Assembly (NCBI GenBank): GCA_035720425.1
Contig: DASTOB010000120.1
Coordinates: 229 to 64,228 of the forward strand
Origin: Candidatus Limnocylindrales bacterium
GTDB taxonomy: Bacteria > Chloroflexota > Limnocylindria > Limnocylindrales > CSP1-4
Direction: 5' to 3'
Length of the DNA: 64,000 bases
The notes under the pieces are model-generated. The model was not told the origin of the DNA, made no database searches, and saw only the letters and a list, made by a program, of their open reading frames with translations. Position numbers and translations under genes: made by a program. This document shows positions 8,013 through 17,097 of the stretch, one piece after another (the stretch's first letter is position 1; every line of letters starts with the position of its first letter).

Positions 8013-8398
8013 CAGATCGTCTCGACGTCGTAGCGGCCGATGACGGGGTCGGCGGTGACGATCGGCAGCCCCTCGATCTGCGCCTGCGCGACAAGCAGCC
8101 GGTCCCAGGGGTCGCGATGGATGTCCGGCAGGAGCCCGACCCGCAGACCATGACGGAGCTCGAGGGCGAGCACGCCGAATCCGTGGCGCGCGATTCGACT
8201 CGGCACGTATCGGTCCGGCGGCGCTTCTAGTTCGAGTCGTCCACGGGCCACCTTCGTTGCGATCTCGGCCGCCGAGACTGCGCTTACGACAGGTTCCGTC
8301 GCGCCGTCCTCGATGAGCTCGCGCGCGCGAACCGAGAGTCGCGCCCCACCTCCGGATACCCACCAGAGAAACGCGTGGGTGTCGAGCAGGACCCTCAT
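8009..8398 (-). CDS. vapC: VapC/PIN-domain type II toxin
   Basis: MRVLLDTHAFLWW...SAVSAAEIATK...HRDPWDRLLVAQAQIEGLPIVTAD. Confidence 0.92.
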   Translation of the reverse strand: MRVLLDTHAFLWWVSGGGARLSVRARELIEDGATEPVVSAVSAAEIATKVARGRLELEAPPDRYVPSRIARHGFGVLALELRHGLRVGLLPDIHRDPWDRLLVAQAQIEGLPIVTADPVIGRYDVETIW

Positions 8399-8658
8399 CC
8401 TGGCTTGGTCCGAAGTGGGTCATCCGGGTGCATGAAGTCCGGATCCATCTCGGGCAGCGGGTCGTCGAAGTTCGCATGAATCACGACGCGATCGCGGCCG
8501 GGCACGCGCCGCGTCGGGCGCTGCTCAACGGGGCTCAGGACGGCCACCGGCCGGCCGGCGCGGGCGATGACGATCCGCTCGCCGTTCTCGACGCGAGCGA
8601 GCAGGCGGGAAAGATGCGTCTTCGCGTCGTGGACGTTCACCGTGGTCACGTCGGCCAT
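8395..8658 (-). CDS. Phd/YefM-family antitoxin
   Basis: TVNVHDAKTHLSRLLARVENGERIVIARAGRPVAVL. ATGA overlap with the toxin. Confidence 0.92.
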   Translation of the reverse strand: MADVTTVNVHDAKTHLSRLLARVENGERIVIARAGRPVAVLSPVEQRPTRRVPGRDRVVIHANFDDPLPEMDPDFMHPDDPLRTKPG

Positions 8659-8660
8659 CG

Positions 8661-8684
8661 TGACTTAGTCCATGGACTTAGTCA
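8661..8684. promoter_or_regulatory. Palindromic operator for the TA pair (TGACTTAGTC-CATG-GACTTAGTCA)
   Basis: Two GACT-T-AGTC palindromes form a near-perfect 24-bp inverted repeat 2 nt upstream of the antitoxin ATG. Confidence 0.7.
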
Positions 8685-9798
8685 ACAGCCCGACGAGGCG
8701 AGCGACCCGCTCGGCGCACCGCACAAGCGGCTCCGGGCCGGCGGACATCGCCTCCTCGACCGACTGCGGGCGCTCGACGACGGGAACGGCAACGCAGCCG
8801 AGGGCCGCCAGCGCCGACGCGCCCTCCGGCTCGACGCCGCCGCCGACCGCGATCGACGGCAGCCCGTGCGCGTGGGCCCGATGCGCGACGCCGAGGGCGG
8901 TCTTGCCGAACGCGGTCTGCGCGTCGATCCGGCCCTCGCCGGTGATCACGAGGTCCGCTCGGTCGAGCTTGCCGTCGAGATCGGTCTCCTCCATGAGAAC
9001 GTCGATGCCCGGCACGAGCTCGAGGGAGTGGAATCGGTCGCGCAGACAGAGCAGGCCGAAGCCGACGCCTCCCGCTGCGCCAGCTCCGGGCGTGTCGCGC
9101 TCGCGGTTGCGGGTCGAGGTTTCGAGTGCGTCGGCATAGCGGGCGAGGGCACCGTCGAGGAAGGCGACGTCGTCCGGCGTCGCTCCTTTCTGCGGCCCGT
9201 ATGTGGCCGCGGCGCCGTGAGGCCCGAGGAGCGGGTTCGTGACATCGCAGGCGATGCGCAGGTCCACCTCGCCAAGGCGCGGATCGATGCCGGCGAGGTC
9301 GATCGCGTCGCCGTCGACCGTCGCGCCGAGGGCCCGAAGGATCCCGACGCCGCCGTCGTTCGTGGCGCTGCCGCCGATGCCGAGCGTGATGCGGCGCACC
9401 CCATCGTCGATCGCCGCCCGGAGGAGTTCGCCCGTGCCGCGCGTCGTCGCCCCGCGCGGATCGCGCTCATCGGGCGCGAGGCGCGACAACCCGGACGCGG
9501 CGGCGAGCTCGACGACGGCGCGCCCCCGGTCCGCCGAGCGCAGCCAGCGGGCGACGATGGGGCGGCCGATCGGGTCCGTCGCGCGGGCCTCGCGCCATTC
9601 CCAGCCACCCGCCGCCTCGATCGCGACCAGGGTCCCTTCGCCGCCGTCGGCGAGTGGTGCGAGGAGGATCGTGTCTCCTGGACGGGCTTGGTGCCAGCCA
9701 TCGGCCAGGGCCTTGGCGACCTCGACCGAGGTGAGCGACCCCTTGAAGGAATCCGGTGCAATGACGACGGTCAGGGCTGGTGCGGCGGGCCAGTTCAT
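8665..9798 (-). CDS. glxK: Glycerate kinase (GlxK/GarK family)
   Basis: IAPDSFKGS, PLADGGEGT, ELAAASGL, GIGGSATNDGG, YGPQKGA, GAGAAGG, ITGEGRIDAQTAFGK. Confidence 0.93.
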   Translation of the reverse strand: MNWPAAPALTVVIAPDSFKGSLTSVEVAKALADGWHQARPGDTILLAPLADGGEGTLVAIEAAGGWEWREARATDPIGRPIVARWLRSADRGRAVVELAAASGLSRLAPDERDPRGATTRGTGELLRAAIDDGVRRITLGIGGSATNDGGVGILRALGATVDGDAIDLAGIDPRLGEVDLRIACDVTNPLLGPHGAAATYGPQKGATPDDVAFLDGALARYADALETSTRNRERDTPGAGAAGGVGFGLLCLRDRFHSLELVPGIDVLMEETDLDGKLDRADLVITGEGRIDAQTAFGKTALGVAHRAHAHGLPSIAVGGGVEPEGASALAALGCVAVPVVERPQSVEEAMSAGPEPLVRCAERVARLVGLLTKSMD

Positions 9799-10137
9799 CG
9801 CTGTGCTGGCTCCGGGCGATTCATCGCTGTGCTGGCTCCGGGCGATTCATCGCTGTGCTTGCTCCTGGCCAATTCATCGCTGCATCACAGCGGGGCCCCG
9901 CACGCTCGCCCGACCTCGTGCTCCGTCGGAATCGCCGTCCCGCCGAGCGTGCCGGGCGCCCGTTTCATTCACGGCTGAGTCCGTGCCCACCGCTGAATCC
10001 CGGCTCGCGCCCGCTCCTGGCCAATTCATCGCTGCATCACAACGGGGCCCCGCACGCTCGCCCGACCTCGTGCTCCGTCGGAATCGCCGTCCCGCCGAGC
10101 GTGCCAGGCGCCCTTTTCATTCACGGCTGAGTCCGTG
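9794..10137. repeat. Compound repeat: 3 x 26-bp tandem unit followed by 2 x 125-bp direct repeat
   Basis: TTCATCGCTGTGCTGGCTCCGGGCGA-type units at 9794, 9820 and 9846. 125-bp copies at 9861-9985 and 10013-10137 differ at about 3 positions. Confidence 0.9.
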
Positions 10138-10160
10138 TCACCGATGACTACCGAACGCGG

Positions 10161-12101
10161 CTACGGGCTGCCAGCGAGCAGCCCGACGTCGCCCGCCTGG
10201 CGGCGGCGCTCGAGGTACTCGGGGATGCGGATCATCGGTGGGCGCTCCTGGTCGGCGAGCTCGATCACCTCGAGCGACAGCCGGCCGCGACCGGAGCGCG
10301 GCAGCTTCATCGTCGAGCCGAGTTCCGCAAACAGCCGCACCTTGCGCCGCTCCTCGAGCCGCTTCATGACCGCCTGGAGGATGACGAACGACATCCGCGA
10401 CAGCCCCTCGAGCTCCTGGTTTCGGTGGACCCGTCGCTCGAGGTCGACCTGCCCCAGGCCCTCGATACCGTGCCGCTCGGCCGCGTCGATGAGGTGCCCG
10501 ATCTCGACCGCGTAGCCGGTGAAGAACGGGATCGACTCGAGCAGCGCTCGGCGGCCCGCGTACTCGCCGGACAGCGGCTGGATGAGCCCGGACAGCTCTG
10601 GGAAGAAGAGGTTGATGAGCGGTCGCGCGACGAGCTCCGTGACCCGGCCGCCGCCGCCCTCCTTGAGCACCCCCTCCTGGACGATCGGGCGCTGGTAGTA
10701 GCCCTTGACGTACTGGAGCCGCGGCTCGTGGAGGAGCGGCCCGAGGGTCCCGTAGACCATCCGATGGTGCCAGTTGCGGACGTCCGTGTCGGCCCACACG
10801 ACGATGTCGCCGGCCGTCTCGAAGAGGGACTTCCAGAGGGCCTCGCCCTTGCCGCGGAACGAGCCGTAGCGCGGCAGCACGTCGGGATGCTGGACGACCC
10901 GGGCGCCCTCCGCCTCGGCGATCTCGCGCGTCCGATCGTTCGACGCCGAGTCGATGACGAGGACCTCGTCGAGCAGCGGGATGCGGCCGACCATCTCGCG
11001 CATCGCGCGCCGGACGATGGGGCCGATCGTCTCCTCCTCGTTGAGCGTCGGCAGCACGAGGCTGACCGTGACGCCCTGCTTCTCCTTGAGCTGGACGAGC
11101 CGGCGCAGGTCGCCGAACTCGGCGTGGTGGAAGTTCGACTCGCCGAACCAGCGCTCGACCCGGACCGGCACGGCGCGCGCCTCCTCGGCGGCGCGGTCTG
11201 CGGCGGCAAGCGTCTCCGCCCGGGCGGCGAGCTGTTCGAACGTCTGGCGGCCGATCGTCTCGCGCGTCTTGACCACGACGACGCTCGGCTTCGCCCGCGT
11301 GGCGATGGCCTCCGGCAGGGCGCCGAACAGGAACGTGTCGCCGTCCTGGCCGGCCGGCACGGCCGACGCCCCCATGACCACGAGGTCCGCCCGTTCCGCC
11401 TCACGGAGGATCGCGTTTCGCACGTTCGCGGCCTCGCGGAGGAGCGGTTCCGCCCGGCCCCGCACGTGCTGCTTGATGAACGCGGTGAGGGCGTGCTCCG
11501 CCTGGGCCCGCACGGCGAGCGTGATCCCCGGGGGAACGAGGTGGAGCACGGCGACCTGGGCGTCGTGGCGCCGGGCGATCGCGTCGGCGAAGCGGATCGC
11601 GAGCTCGGCGTGCGGGCCTCCTCGGACCGGCACGAGGATCCGCTTGATGTCCTTCGCCCCGCGCTGCTTCACGACGGCGATGTCGCACGGCGATTCGCGC
11701 ACGACCTCGTCGATCGTCGGCGAGAACACGGGTCCGGCCGCGCTGTCGCGGCCCGAGGCGGACTTCCCTCCCCAGCCGAAGATGATGAGGTCGGACTCCT
11801 GTTCGGCCGCCGCCTCGACGATTCCCTCCGCCGCGTGGCGCCCGATCCGCACGATTGGCTGGAGGGTCGTGCCTTCCGGCGCGAAGTCCAGGACGCGCTG
11901 GAGGAGCCGGCGCGCGTGTCGTGCCCGCGTCGCGCCCTCGGACAGGGCCATTCCCTCCGGCACCTCGACGATGCCGAGCGCGGTCAGCTCGCCGGTTCGC
12001 TTGTCGAGGAGCGCCGCACCGAGGCGGACGAGCTCCTCCGCGGTGAGCGGGTTGGCGACGGGAATGAGGATCCGAGACGGGAGCGGCGAGCGGGTACTCA
12101 T
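10161..12101 (-). CDS. gpgS: Tandem universal-stress-protein domains fused to glucosyl-3-phosphoglycerate synthase
   Basis: N-terminal RILIPVANP...AEGIVEAAAEQESDLIIFG and RILVPVRGGPHA...AILREAERADLVVMG (2 USP domains). C-terminal VSLVLPTLNEEETI, GKGEALW, WADTD, GGGRVTELVARPL, QPLSGEYA, RVHRNQ (GT81 GpgS/MpgS). ATG 12101 has an ATGA overlap. Confidence 0.85.
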   Translation of the reverse strand: MSTRSPLPSRILIPVANPLTAEELVRLGAALLDKRTGELTALGIVEVPEGMALSEGATRARHARRLLQRVLDFAPEGTTLQPIVRIGRHAAEGIVEAAAEQESDLIIFGWGGKSASGRDSAAGPVFSPTIDEVVRESPCDIAVVKQRGAKDIKRILVPVRGGPHAELAIRFADAIARRHDAQVAVLHLVPPGITLAVRAQAEHALTAFIKQHVRGRAEPLLREAANVRNAILREAERADLVVMGASAVPAGQDGDTFLFGALPEAIATRAKPSVVVVKTRETIGRQTFEQLAARAETLAAADRAAEEARAVPVRVERWFGESNFHHAEFGDLRRLVQLKEKQGVTVSLVLPTLNEEETIGPIVRRAMREMVGRIPLLDEVLVIDSASNDRTREIAEAEGARVVQHPDVLPRYGSFRGKGEALWKSLFETAGDIVVWADTDVRNWHHRMVYGTLGPLLHEPRLQYVKGYYQRPIVQEGVLKEGGGGRVTELVARPLINLFFPELSGLIQPLSGEYAGRRALLESIPFFTGYAVEIGHLIDAAERHGIEGLGQVDLERRVHRNQELEGLSRMSFVILQAVMKRLEERRKVRLFAELGSTMKLPRSGRGRLSLEVIELADQERPPMIRIPEYLERRRQAGDVGLLAGSP

Positions 12102-13504
12102 CGGGCGGGCGTGGTCGACGCCGATCCGCCCGCCCGCTCCGCGGCGCTCCAGCGCTCGATGAGGTACGGCTTGAGCAGCTCGAACTCGCGGGCCTGGCGC
12201 TCGACACGTTCCTCCGCCTGGTCGGTCGAGACGTGGCGGTTCTCGATCACGAAGCTGCCGACGCGCCCGAAGTAGATCGGCACGAGCGCGGCGACGAGCG
12301 TCTCGAGTGGCGGCTCGCTGCGCCGGGCGGCGATGACGAGGTCGTACACGACCCGCGCCCACAGGTCGTCCGGGAAGTGGAACGCCGCGAGCGCATCGGC
12401 CATGTCGAGCGTGGACGCGGTCGTCGTCGACGTATCGCCCCCCACGCCGAGCTTCGTGCGCGCGGCATCGGCCAGCTTGCCGGCCTCCCGGGCCAGGACC
12501 TTGACCGTCTCCGCGTTGTCCGGGGCGAGCATCTCCGCCCAGCGGTCGGCGACGGTGAGCGACCCCTGGTGGAACTCGGAGAGGAGCCGGATCGTGTTCA
12601 CCTCGAGCGGTGGCGGCTCGATGATCCGCTCGAAGCCGTAGGCGGGCACGGTGTGACTGCCCTTGATCGGGAGCCACTTGTCGGAGTACCGGTTGGCGAG
12701 GCGCAGGATCGTCCCGACGACCTGGCGGAACATCGGTCCCAGGTCGGCGCCGGGATCCTTGGGGTCGTGGACCTTGGCGCCGAGCCGCGTCTGGCAGACG
12801 GCGAACCCGCCGGCGAGCGCGGACGTCGTCATCCAGATGTCGATCCCGAACTTGCTCACCTCGTCGTCCCAGTCGTCGAGCGTCAGATAGTGCCGGACGA
12901 GATCACCGGACACGCCGAAGTCGCCGCCGATTGGCTGCCGGATGCGGTGGCCGTACAGCGCGCGCGTGAGCGGGTAGGTGACCGTGTTCGTGATCGTGCC
13001 GTCGAACTTGTAGCGCGCGTAGAGCGGCGCCACGAAGTCGTAGCCACCCTTCAGGATCGGGCCGGCCAGCAGCTCGATCCATTCCGGGATGATCGAGCGC
13101 AGGTCGGAGTCGACGACGACGAGTGCCTGGGCCTCGAGCTCCGCGGCGATCTCGAAGATCGTCCGGAGCGCCGCGCCCTTGCCGCCGACGCCGTCGATCT
13201 CCGGGTAGGTCAGGCTGACCCGATCGAGCTTGTTGGTGGGCCGAACGAGGAGGATCTGCTCGACGTAGTCCGGCGGCTCCGTTTCGACGACGACCCGCTG
13301 GGTGCCGTCCGGCGACCCGGCGTCAGAGTTGACGAGGACCGGCTTGAGGTCCGGGAAGTACTGGACGAGGCCGGCCTGCGCGGCGCGGACGACATAGCCG
13401 ATCGTCGCGGCGTTCTTGAAGCTCGGGATGCCGACCATGATGTCGGCCCGGCCGAGTCGGGAGACCTCCTCCCGAATTGCCGGCGTGAGCACGCTCGAGG
13501 GCAC
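12098..13504 (-). CDS. GT-A glycosyltransferase, glucosylglycerate/mannosylglycerate synthase-like
   Basis: DIMVGIPSFKNAATIGYVV...VNSDAGSPDGT, GKGAALR, VVDSDLRS, YARYKFDGTITN, QPIGGDFG, FGIDIWMT, KVHD. Adjacent to gpgS and glxK. Exact specificity is not determinable from sequence. Confidence 0.7.
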   Translation of the reverse strand: MPSSVLTPAIREEVSRLGRADIMVGIPSFKNAATIGYVVRAAQAGLVQYFPDLKPVLVNSDAGSPDGTQRVVVETEPPDYVEQILLVRPTNKLDRVSLTYPEIDGVGGKGAALRTIFEIAAELEAQALVVVDSDLRSIIPEWIELLAGPILKGGYDFVAPLYARYKFDGTITNTVTYPLTRALYGHRIRQPIGGDFGVSGDLVRHYLTLDDWDDEVSKFGIDIWMTTSALAGGFAVCQTRLGAKVHDPKDPGADLGPMFRQVVGTILRLANRYSDKWLPIKGSHTVPAYGFERIIEPPPLEVNTIRLLSEFHQGSLTVADRWAEMLAPDNAETVKVLAREAGKLADAARTKLGVGGDTSTTTASTLDMADALAAFHFPDDLWARVVYDLVIAARRSEPPLETLVAALVPIYFGRVGSFVIENRHVSTDQAEERVERQAREFELLKPYLIERWSAAERAGGSASTTPAR

Positions 13505-13537
13505 CGATCCACCCTACCATCCCGGACCGGCCGATGC

Positions 13538-14242
13538 CTACCGGGTCGGCAGCACCACCGTCGCCCAGGCGCCGTTTCGTTCACCCGGGCGGTAACGGCT
13601 GTTGGCCGCCTTGTAGGCGGCCGACCGAAAGCCGAGCGATCGCCACGTGGCGACCCACGGGTCGATCGGCGGCCGAACGTGGATGCCGACGCGGACGAGG
13701 TCCGTCTCGACGACGGCCGATTCGAGCAGGCGCTTGCGCTCGAGGAGGGGAACGTCGAGGAGCGGCTCGCCATCGATGGCGACGAGGTCGACGGCCACGA
13801 AGACGAGGTGATCGCCGAGGGGCGCGGCCTCCGGTTCGCGCTCCCGCTCGCGCAGCGCCCGCGTGCGGGCATCCCGGTCCGGGTTCCCGCCGAGCAGGAG
13901 CTGGCGGGTCATCTGCGCGGCGGTCGGTGCCTGGATCCCGCTCTCGAGCATGATCCCCTCGCCGGTTCGGGCGGGGTCCGCGGTGAGGTAGCCGTCGACG
14001 ACCGCGTCGAGCGCCACGACGGCGTCGACCAGCGCCGCCGCGATGTCCGGCTCGGCCAGGTCGGCGCCTCCCTCGTCGACGAACCGCGCGGCCCCGGCGG
14101 CGACGTGGGCGAGGACCCGCGATCCGGACCACAGCGGCTCGATGAGCGGGTCGTCGACGTCGCGGAACGACGCGTCACTGAACGCCTGCGGCCGCCACCC
14201 GAGCGTCGTCGTCGCGGCCGCCGCGACCACCGAATCGGACAT
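13538..14242 (-). CDS. ATP-dependent DNA ligase adenylation-domain-like protein, catalytic Lys absent
   Basis: EPLWSGSRV (motif I position), VVDGY (III), FVAVDLVAIDGEPLLDVPLLERKRLL (IIIa), YKAANSRYRPGER. Start ATG 14242 is supported by TACGAT 6 nt upstream. Confidence 0.7.
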   Translation of the reverse strand: MSDSVVAAAATTTLGWRPQAFSDASFRDVDDPLIEPLWSGSRVLAHVAAGAARFVDEGGADLAEPDIAAALVDAVVALDAVVDGYLTADPARTGEGIMLESGIQAPTAAQMTRQLLLGGNPDRDARTRALREREREPEAAPLGDHLVFVAVDLVAIDGEPLLDVPLLERKRLLESAVVETDLVRVGIHVRPPIDPWVATWRSLGFRSAAYKAANSRYRPGERNGAWATVVLPTR

Positions 14243-14288
14243 GCGAGGATCGTACACCGGGCCGGTGGCCGCGCTCTATGATCCGCCC

Positions 14289-15665
14289 GTGGCGTCCGCC
14301 AGCACGTCCCCCACCAGCGCGATCCGCAGGCCGGGCGGCCTGCGCGGTCTGACCCCGTCGGGGCGGGCGATCGTTCCGGCCGCCTGGTCGCTGTACGACT
14401 TCGCGAACACGATCTTCTCGTTCGCGGTCGTGTCCGGCGCGATCGGCCTGTGGCTCGTCGACGACGCCCGCTTCGGCGAGCGGGACGGCAACTTCCTGCT
14501 CAGCGTCGCGATCGTCGTGTCGGTCGGGCTCAACGCGATCGTGTCGCCGATCCTCGGCGCGCTGAGCGACCGCGGCGGGCGGCGCCTCCCGTTCCTGTTC
14601 TTCTTCACCGCCTTGTGCGTCGTGCCGACCGCGCTCATCGGGCCCAGCCCGGCAGCCATCGGGCTGACCCTGTTCGTCATCGCCAACTTCGCCTACCAGG
14701 CGGCGCTCATCTACTACGACGCGACACTCAAGACGGTCAGCTACCCGGACACGCGCGGGCGCCTGTCGGGGATCGGCGTGGCGATCGGCTATTGCGGCAC
14801 GATCTTCGTGGGCCTGCTCATCTTCTTCCTCGACGTGCCGGTCGACGGGCGCTTCCTCCTCGCCGCCGTGCTCTTCGCCGCGTTCGCCGTCCCGATCTTC
14901 CTCGTGGTCCGCGAGCCGCCGTCGGACGCGCCGCCGATCCGGGCGGCGGACATCGTCGGATCGTGGTCGCAGCTCGCCGAGACCGTCCGCCACGCCCGCG
15001 AGGTGCCGGGCCTGCTGCGCTTCCTCGTCGGCCGGTTCTTCTACTCCGACGCCGTCAACACGATCATCGTCGTGATGAGCGTCGTGACCGTCGAGGCGAT
15101 GGGGCTGACGCCGACGAACGCGAACCTCATCCTGCTCGCGCTGACCGTGGTCGCGGTCGGCGCGAGCTTCGGCTGGGGGCGCCTCGTCGACCGACTGGGG
15201 CCGAAGCGGACGCTCATGATCGTCCTCGCGTCCTGGGCGGTGGGGCTCGTGATCGGGGCGATCTCGCTGAGCGTGCCGGGCGCGGCCGGCATCGCCCTCT
15301 TCCTGGTCGCCGGCGCGATCCTCGGCAGCGGCCTCGGCGGCGTGCAGGTGGCCGACCGGGTGCTCATGGTCCGCCTCTCCCCGCCGGAGCGGCTCGGCGA
15401 GTTCTTCGGCCTGTACGGCCTCGTCGGGAAGGGCTCCCAGGTCATCGGCCAGCTGCTCTACGGGGTGACGATCCTGCTCCTGCTCGACGTGCTCGACGTC
15501 GGTGCCTACCAGGTCGCGGTCCTCAGCCTGCTCGTGACGATGCTCATCGGGGCGTGGCTGCTCCGGCCGGTCAGCGACGAGTGGGAAGGCTCCGGCGAGG
15601 TTCCGCGCGCCGAGTCACCGCCCGATCGTCTGTCGCCGTCGACCGCGCCGCTCGAGCCGCGCTGA
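14289..15665 (+). CDS. MFS transporter (UMF1/ATG22-like)
   Basis: AWSLYDFANTIFS, PILGALSDRGG, YYDATL, about 12 TM helices. GTG 14289 is preceded by TATGAT-N6. Confidence 0.88.
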   Translation: MASASTSPTSAIRRPGGLRGLTPSGRAIVPAAWSLYDFANTIFSFAVVSGAIGLWLVDDARFGERDGNFLLSVAIVVSVGLNAIVSPILGALSDRGGRRLPFLFFFTALCVVPTALIGPSPAAIGLTLFVIANFAYQAALIYYDATLKTVSYPDTRGRLSGIGVAIGYCGTIFVGLLIFFLDVPVDGRFLLAAVLFAAFAVPIFLVVREPPSDAPPIRAADIVGSWSQLAETVRHAREVPGLLRFLVGRFFYSDAVNTIIVVMSVVTVEAMGLTPTNANLILLALTVVAVGASFGWGRLVDRLGPKRTLMIVLASWAVGLVIGAISLSVPGAAGIALFLVAGAILGSGLGGVQVADRVLMVRLSPPERLGEFFGLYGLVGKGSQVIGQLLYGVTILLLLDVLDVGAYQVAVLSLLVTMLIGAWLLRPVSDEWEGSGEVPRAESPPDRLSPSTAPLEPR

Positions 15666-15681
15666 GGCGATCGCGGCGCCG

Positions 15682-16692
15682 TCAGTTCGGGTAGCCGCCG
15701 GGGTGGGTGAGCCGCCACGACCAGGCGGAGGCGATCATCTCGGCGAGATCCGGCCGGCGCGGCCGCCAGCCGAGGAGCTCCCCGGCCCGATCCGCCGACG
15801 CGACGAGCACCGGCGGATCGCCGGGCCGGCGCGGACCCACCCGATGGGGAATCGGCGCACCGACCACCGCCTCCGCCGCCGCCAGGACCTCGCGAACGGA
15901 GAACCCGCCGGCGGTGCCGAGATTGCAGGCGAGCGCGCGGGCGTCGTCCGGCCCGGCGCCGGTTCGCGGGTCATCCGGCGCGGTCGCCTCGAGGGCCGCG
16001 AGGTGCGCATCGGCCAGGTCGGCGACGTGGATGTAGTCGCGGATCGCGGTGCCGTCCGGGGTCGGGTAGTCGTCGCCGAACAGGGACACCTGGCCGCGCC
16101 CTTCGGCGGCCGCGAGGACGTTCGGGATGAGGTGCGTCTCCGGATCGTGATCCTCGCCGTTCTGTTCGGACGCGCCGGCCACGTTGAAGTAGCGGAGGCT
16201 GACGCTGCGCAGGCCGTGGGCGACGGCGTAGGCCCGAAGTGCGCCCTCGAACGCCCGCTTCGTCTCGCCGTACGGGTTGATCGGGCGGAGCGGGGCGTCC
16301 TCGAGGATCGGCGTCGAGTCCGGGATGCCGTAGACGGCCGCGGTCGAGCTGAACACGAAGCGCCGGACGCCGGCTCGGACGGCCGCGTTGAGGAGCGCCA
16401 CCCCGCCGGTCACGTTGCTCGCGTAGTAGCGCTCCGGCTCGCGGACCGACTCGCCGACGAGCGAGCGGGCGCCGCAGTGGAGGATCGCCTCGATCGACTC
16501 GCGTTCGAGCAGCGCCGCCACGGCATCGCGGTCGCCGAAGTCGCCCTGCTCGAGCGTGGCGCCCGGCGGCACCGCCGCCCGATGGCCGGTCGACAGATCG
16601 TCGAGGACGACGACCTCGTGGGCGGCGTCGAGCAGCCGCTCGACCGACACGGACCCGACATAGCCGGCTCCGCCGGTCACGAGGATGCGCAC
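15682..16692 (-). CDS. galE: UDP-glucose 4-epimerase
   Basis: ILVTGGAGYVGS, FSSTAAVYG, NPYGETK (YxxxK), LRYFNVAGA, DYPTPDGTAIRDYIHV. Confidence 0.95.
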   Translation of the reverse strand: MRILVTGGAGYVGSVSVERLLDAAHEVVVLDDLSTGHRAAVPPGATLEQGDFGDRDAVAALLERESIEAILHCGARSLVGESVREPERYYASNVTGGVALLNAAVRAGVRRFVFSSTAAVYGIPDSTPILEDAPLRPINPYGETKRAFEGALRAYAVAHGLRSVSLRYFNVAGASEQNGEDHDPETHLIPNVLAAAEGRGQVSLFGDDYPTPDGTAIRDYIHVADLADAHLAALEATAPDDPRTGAGPDDARALACNLGTAGGFSVREVLAAAEAVVGAPIPHRVGPRRPGDPPVLVASADRAGELLGWRPRRPDLAEMIASAWSWRLTHPGGYPN

Positions 16693-16719
16693 GGCAAGAG
16701 CGTAGCCGGTTCGGCCGGG

Positions 16720-17097
16720 TCAGCGGCGGAGGAAGCGACGGAGGAGACCGCGGCGCTCGGACCCGGCGGGCGCGTCGGCCGGGGGCGCCTCGGGCGCATC
16801 GGCCGGTGGCACCGCGGGCGCATCGGCCCGGGGTCCCTCGTTGCGGTAGGCCATGACCTCGACGAGCCGATCGGCGAGCCGCCGCGCGGCCGGGTTGTCG
16901 GCGTCGATCTCGAGTGCCCGCCGCGCGAGCGCGAGCGCCCCGGTCTCATCCCCGTGCTCGAGGGCCACGCGGGCCAGCCCGACGACCGCGATCGAGTTGC
17001 GCGGATCGGCATCGGCCGCCTGGCGGAACAGGCGCTCGGCCTGATCGGTCCGGCCCAGCGACATCGCGCGCTCGGCCTCCAGCAGCAGCTCGATCAT
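16720..17097 (-). CDS. Small TPR-repeat protein
   Basis: AERLFRQAADADPRNSIAVVGLARVA...ALALARRALEIDADN TPR pattern. Confidence 0.75.
   Translation of the reverse strand: MIELLLEAERAMSLGRTDQAERLFRQAADADPRNSIAVVGLARVALEHGDETGALALARRALEIDADNPAARRLADRLVEVMAYRNEGPRADAPAVPPADAPEAPPADAPAGSERRGLLRRFLRR

Noticed and set aside
9794-10137. CRISPR array
   Set aside because: The 26-bp units are directly tandem with no unique spacers, the 125-bp copies are too long, and there are no cas genes.
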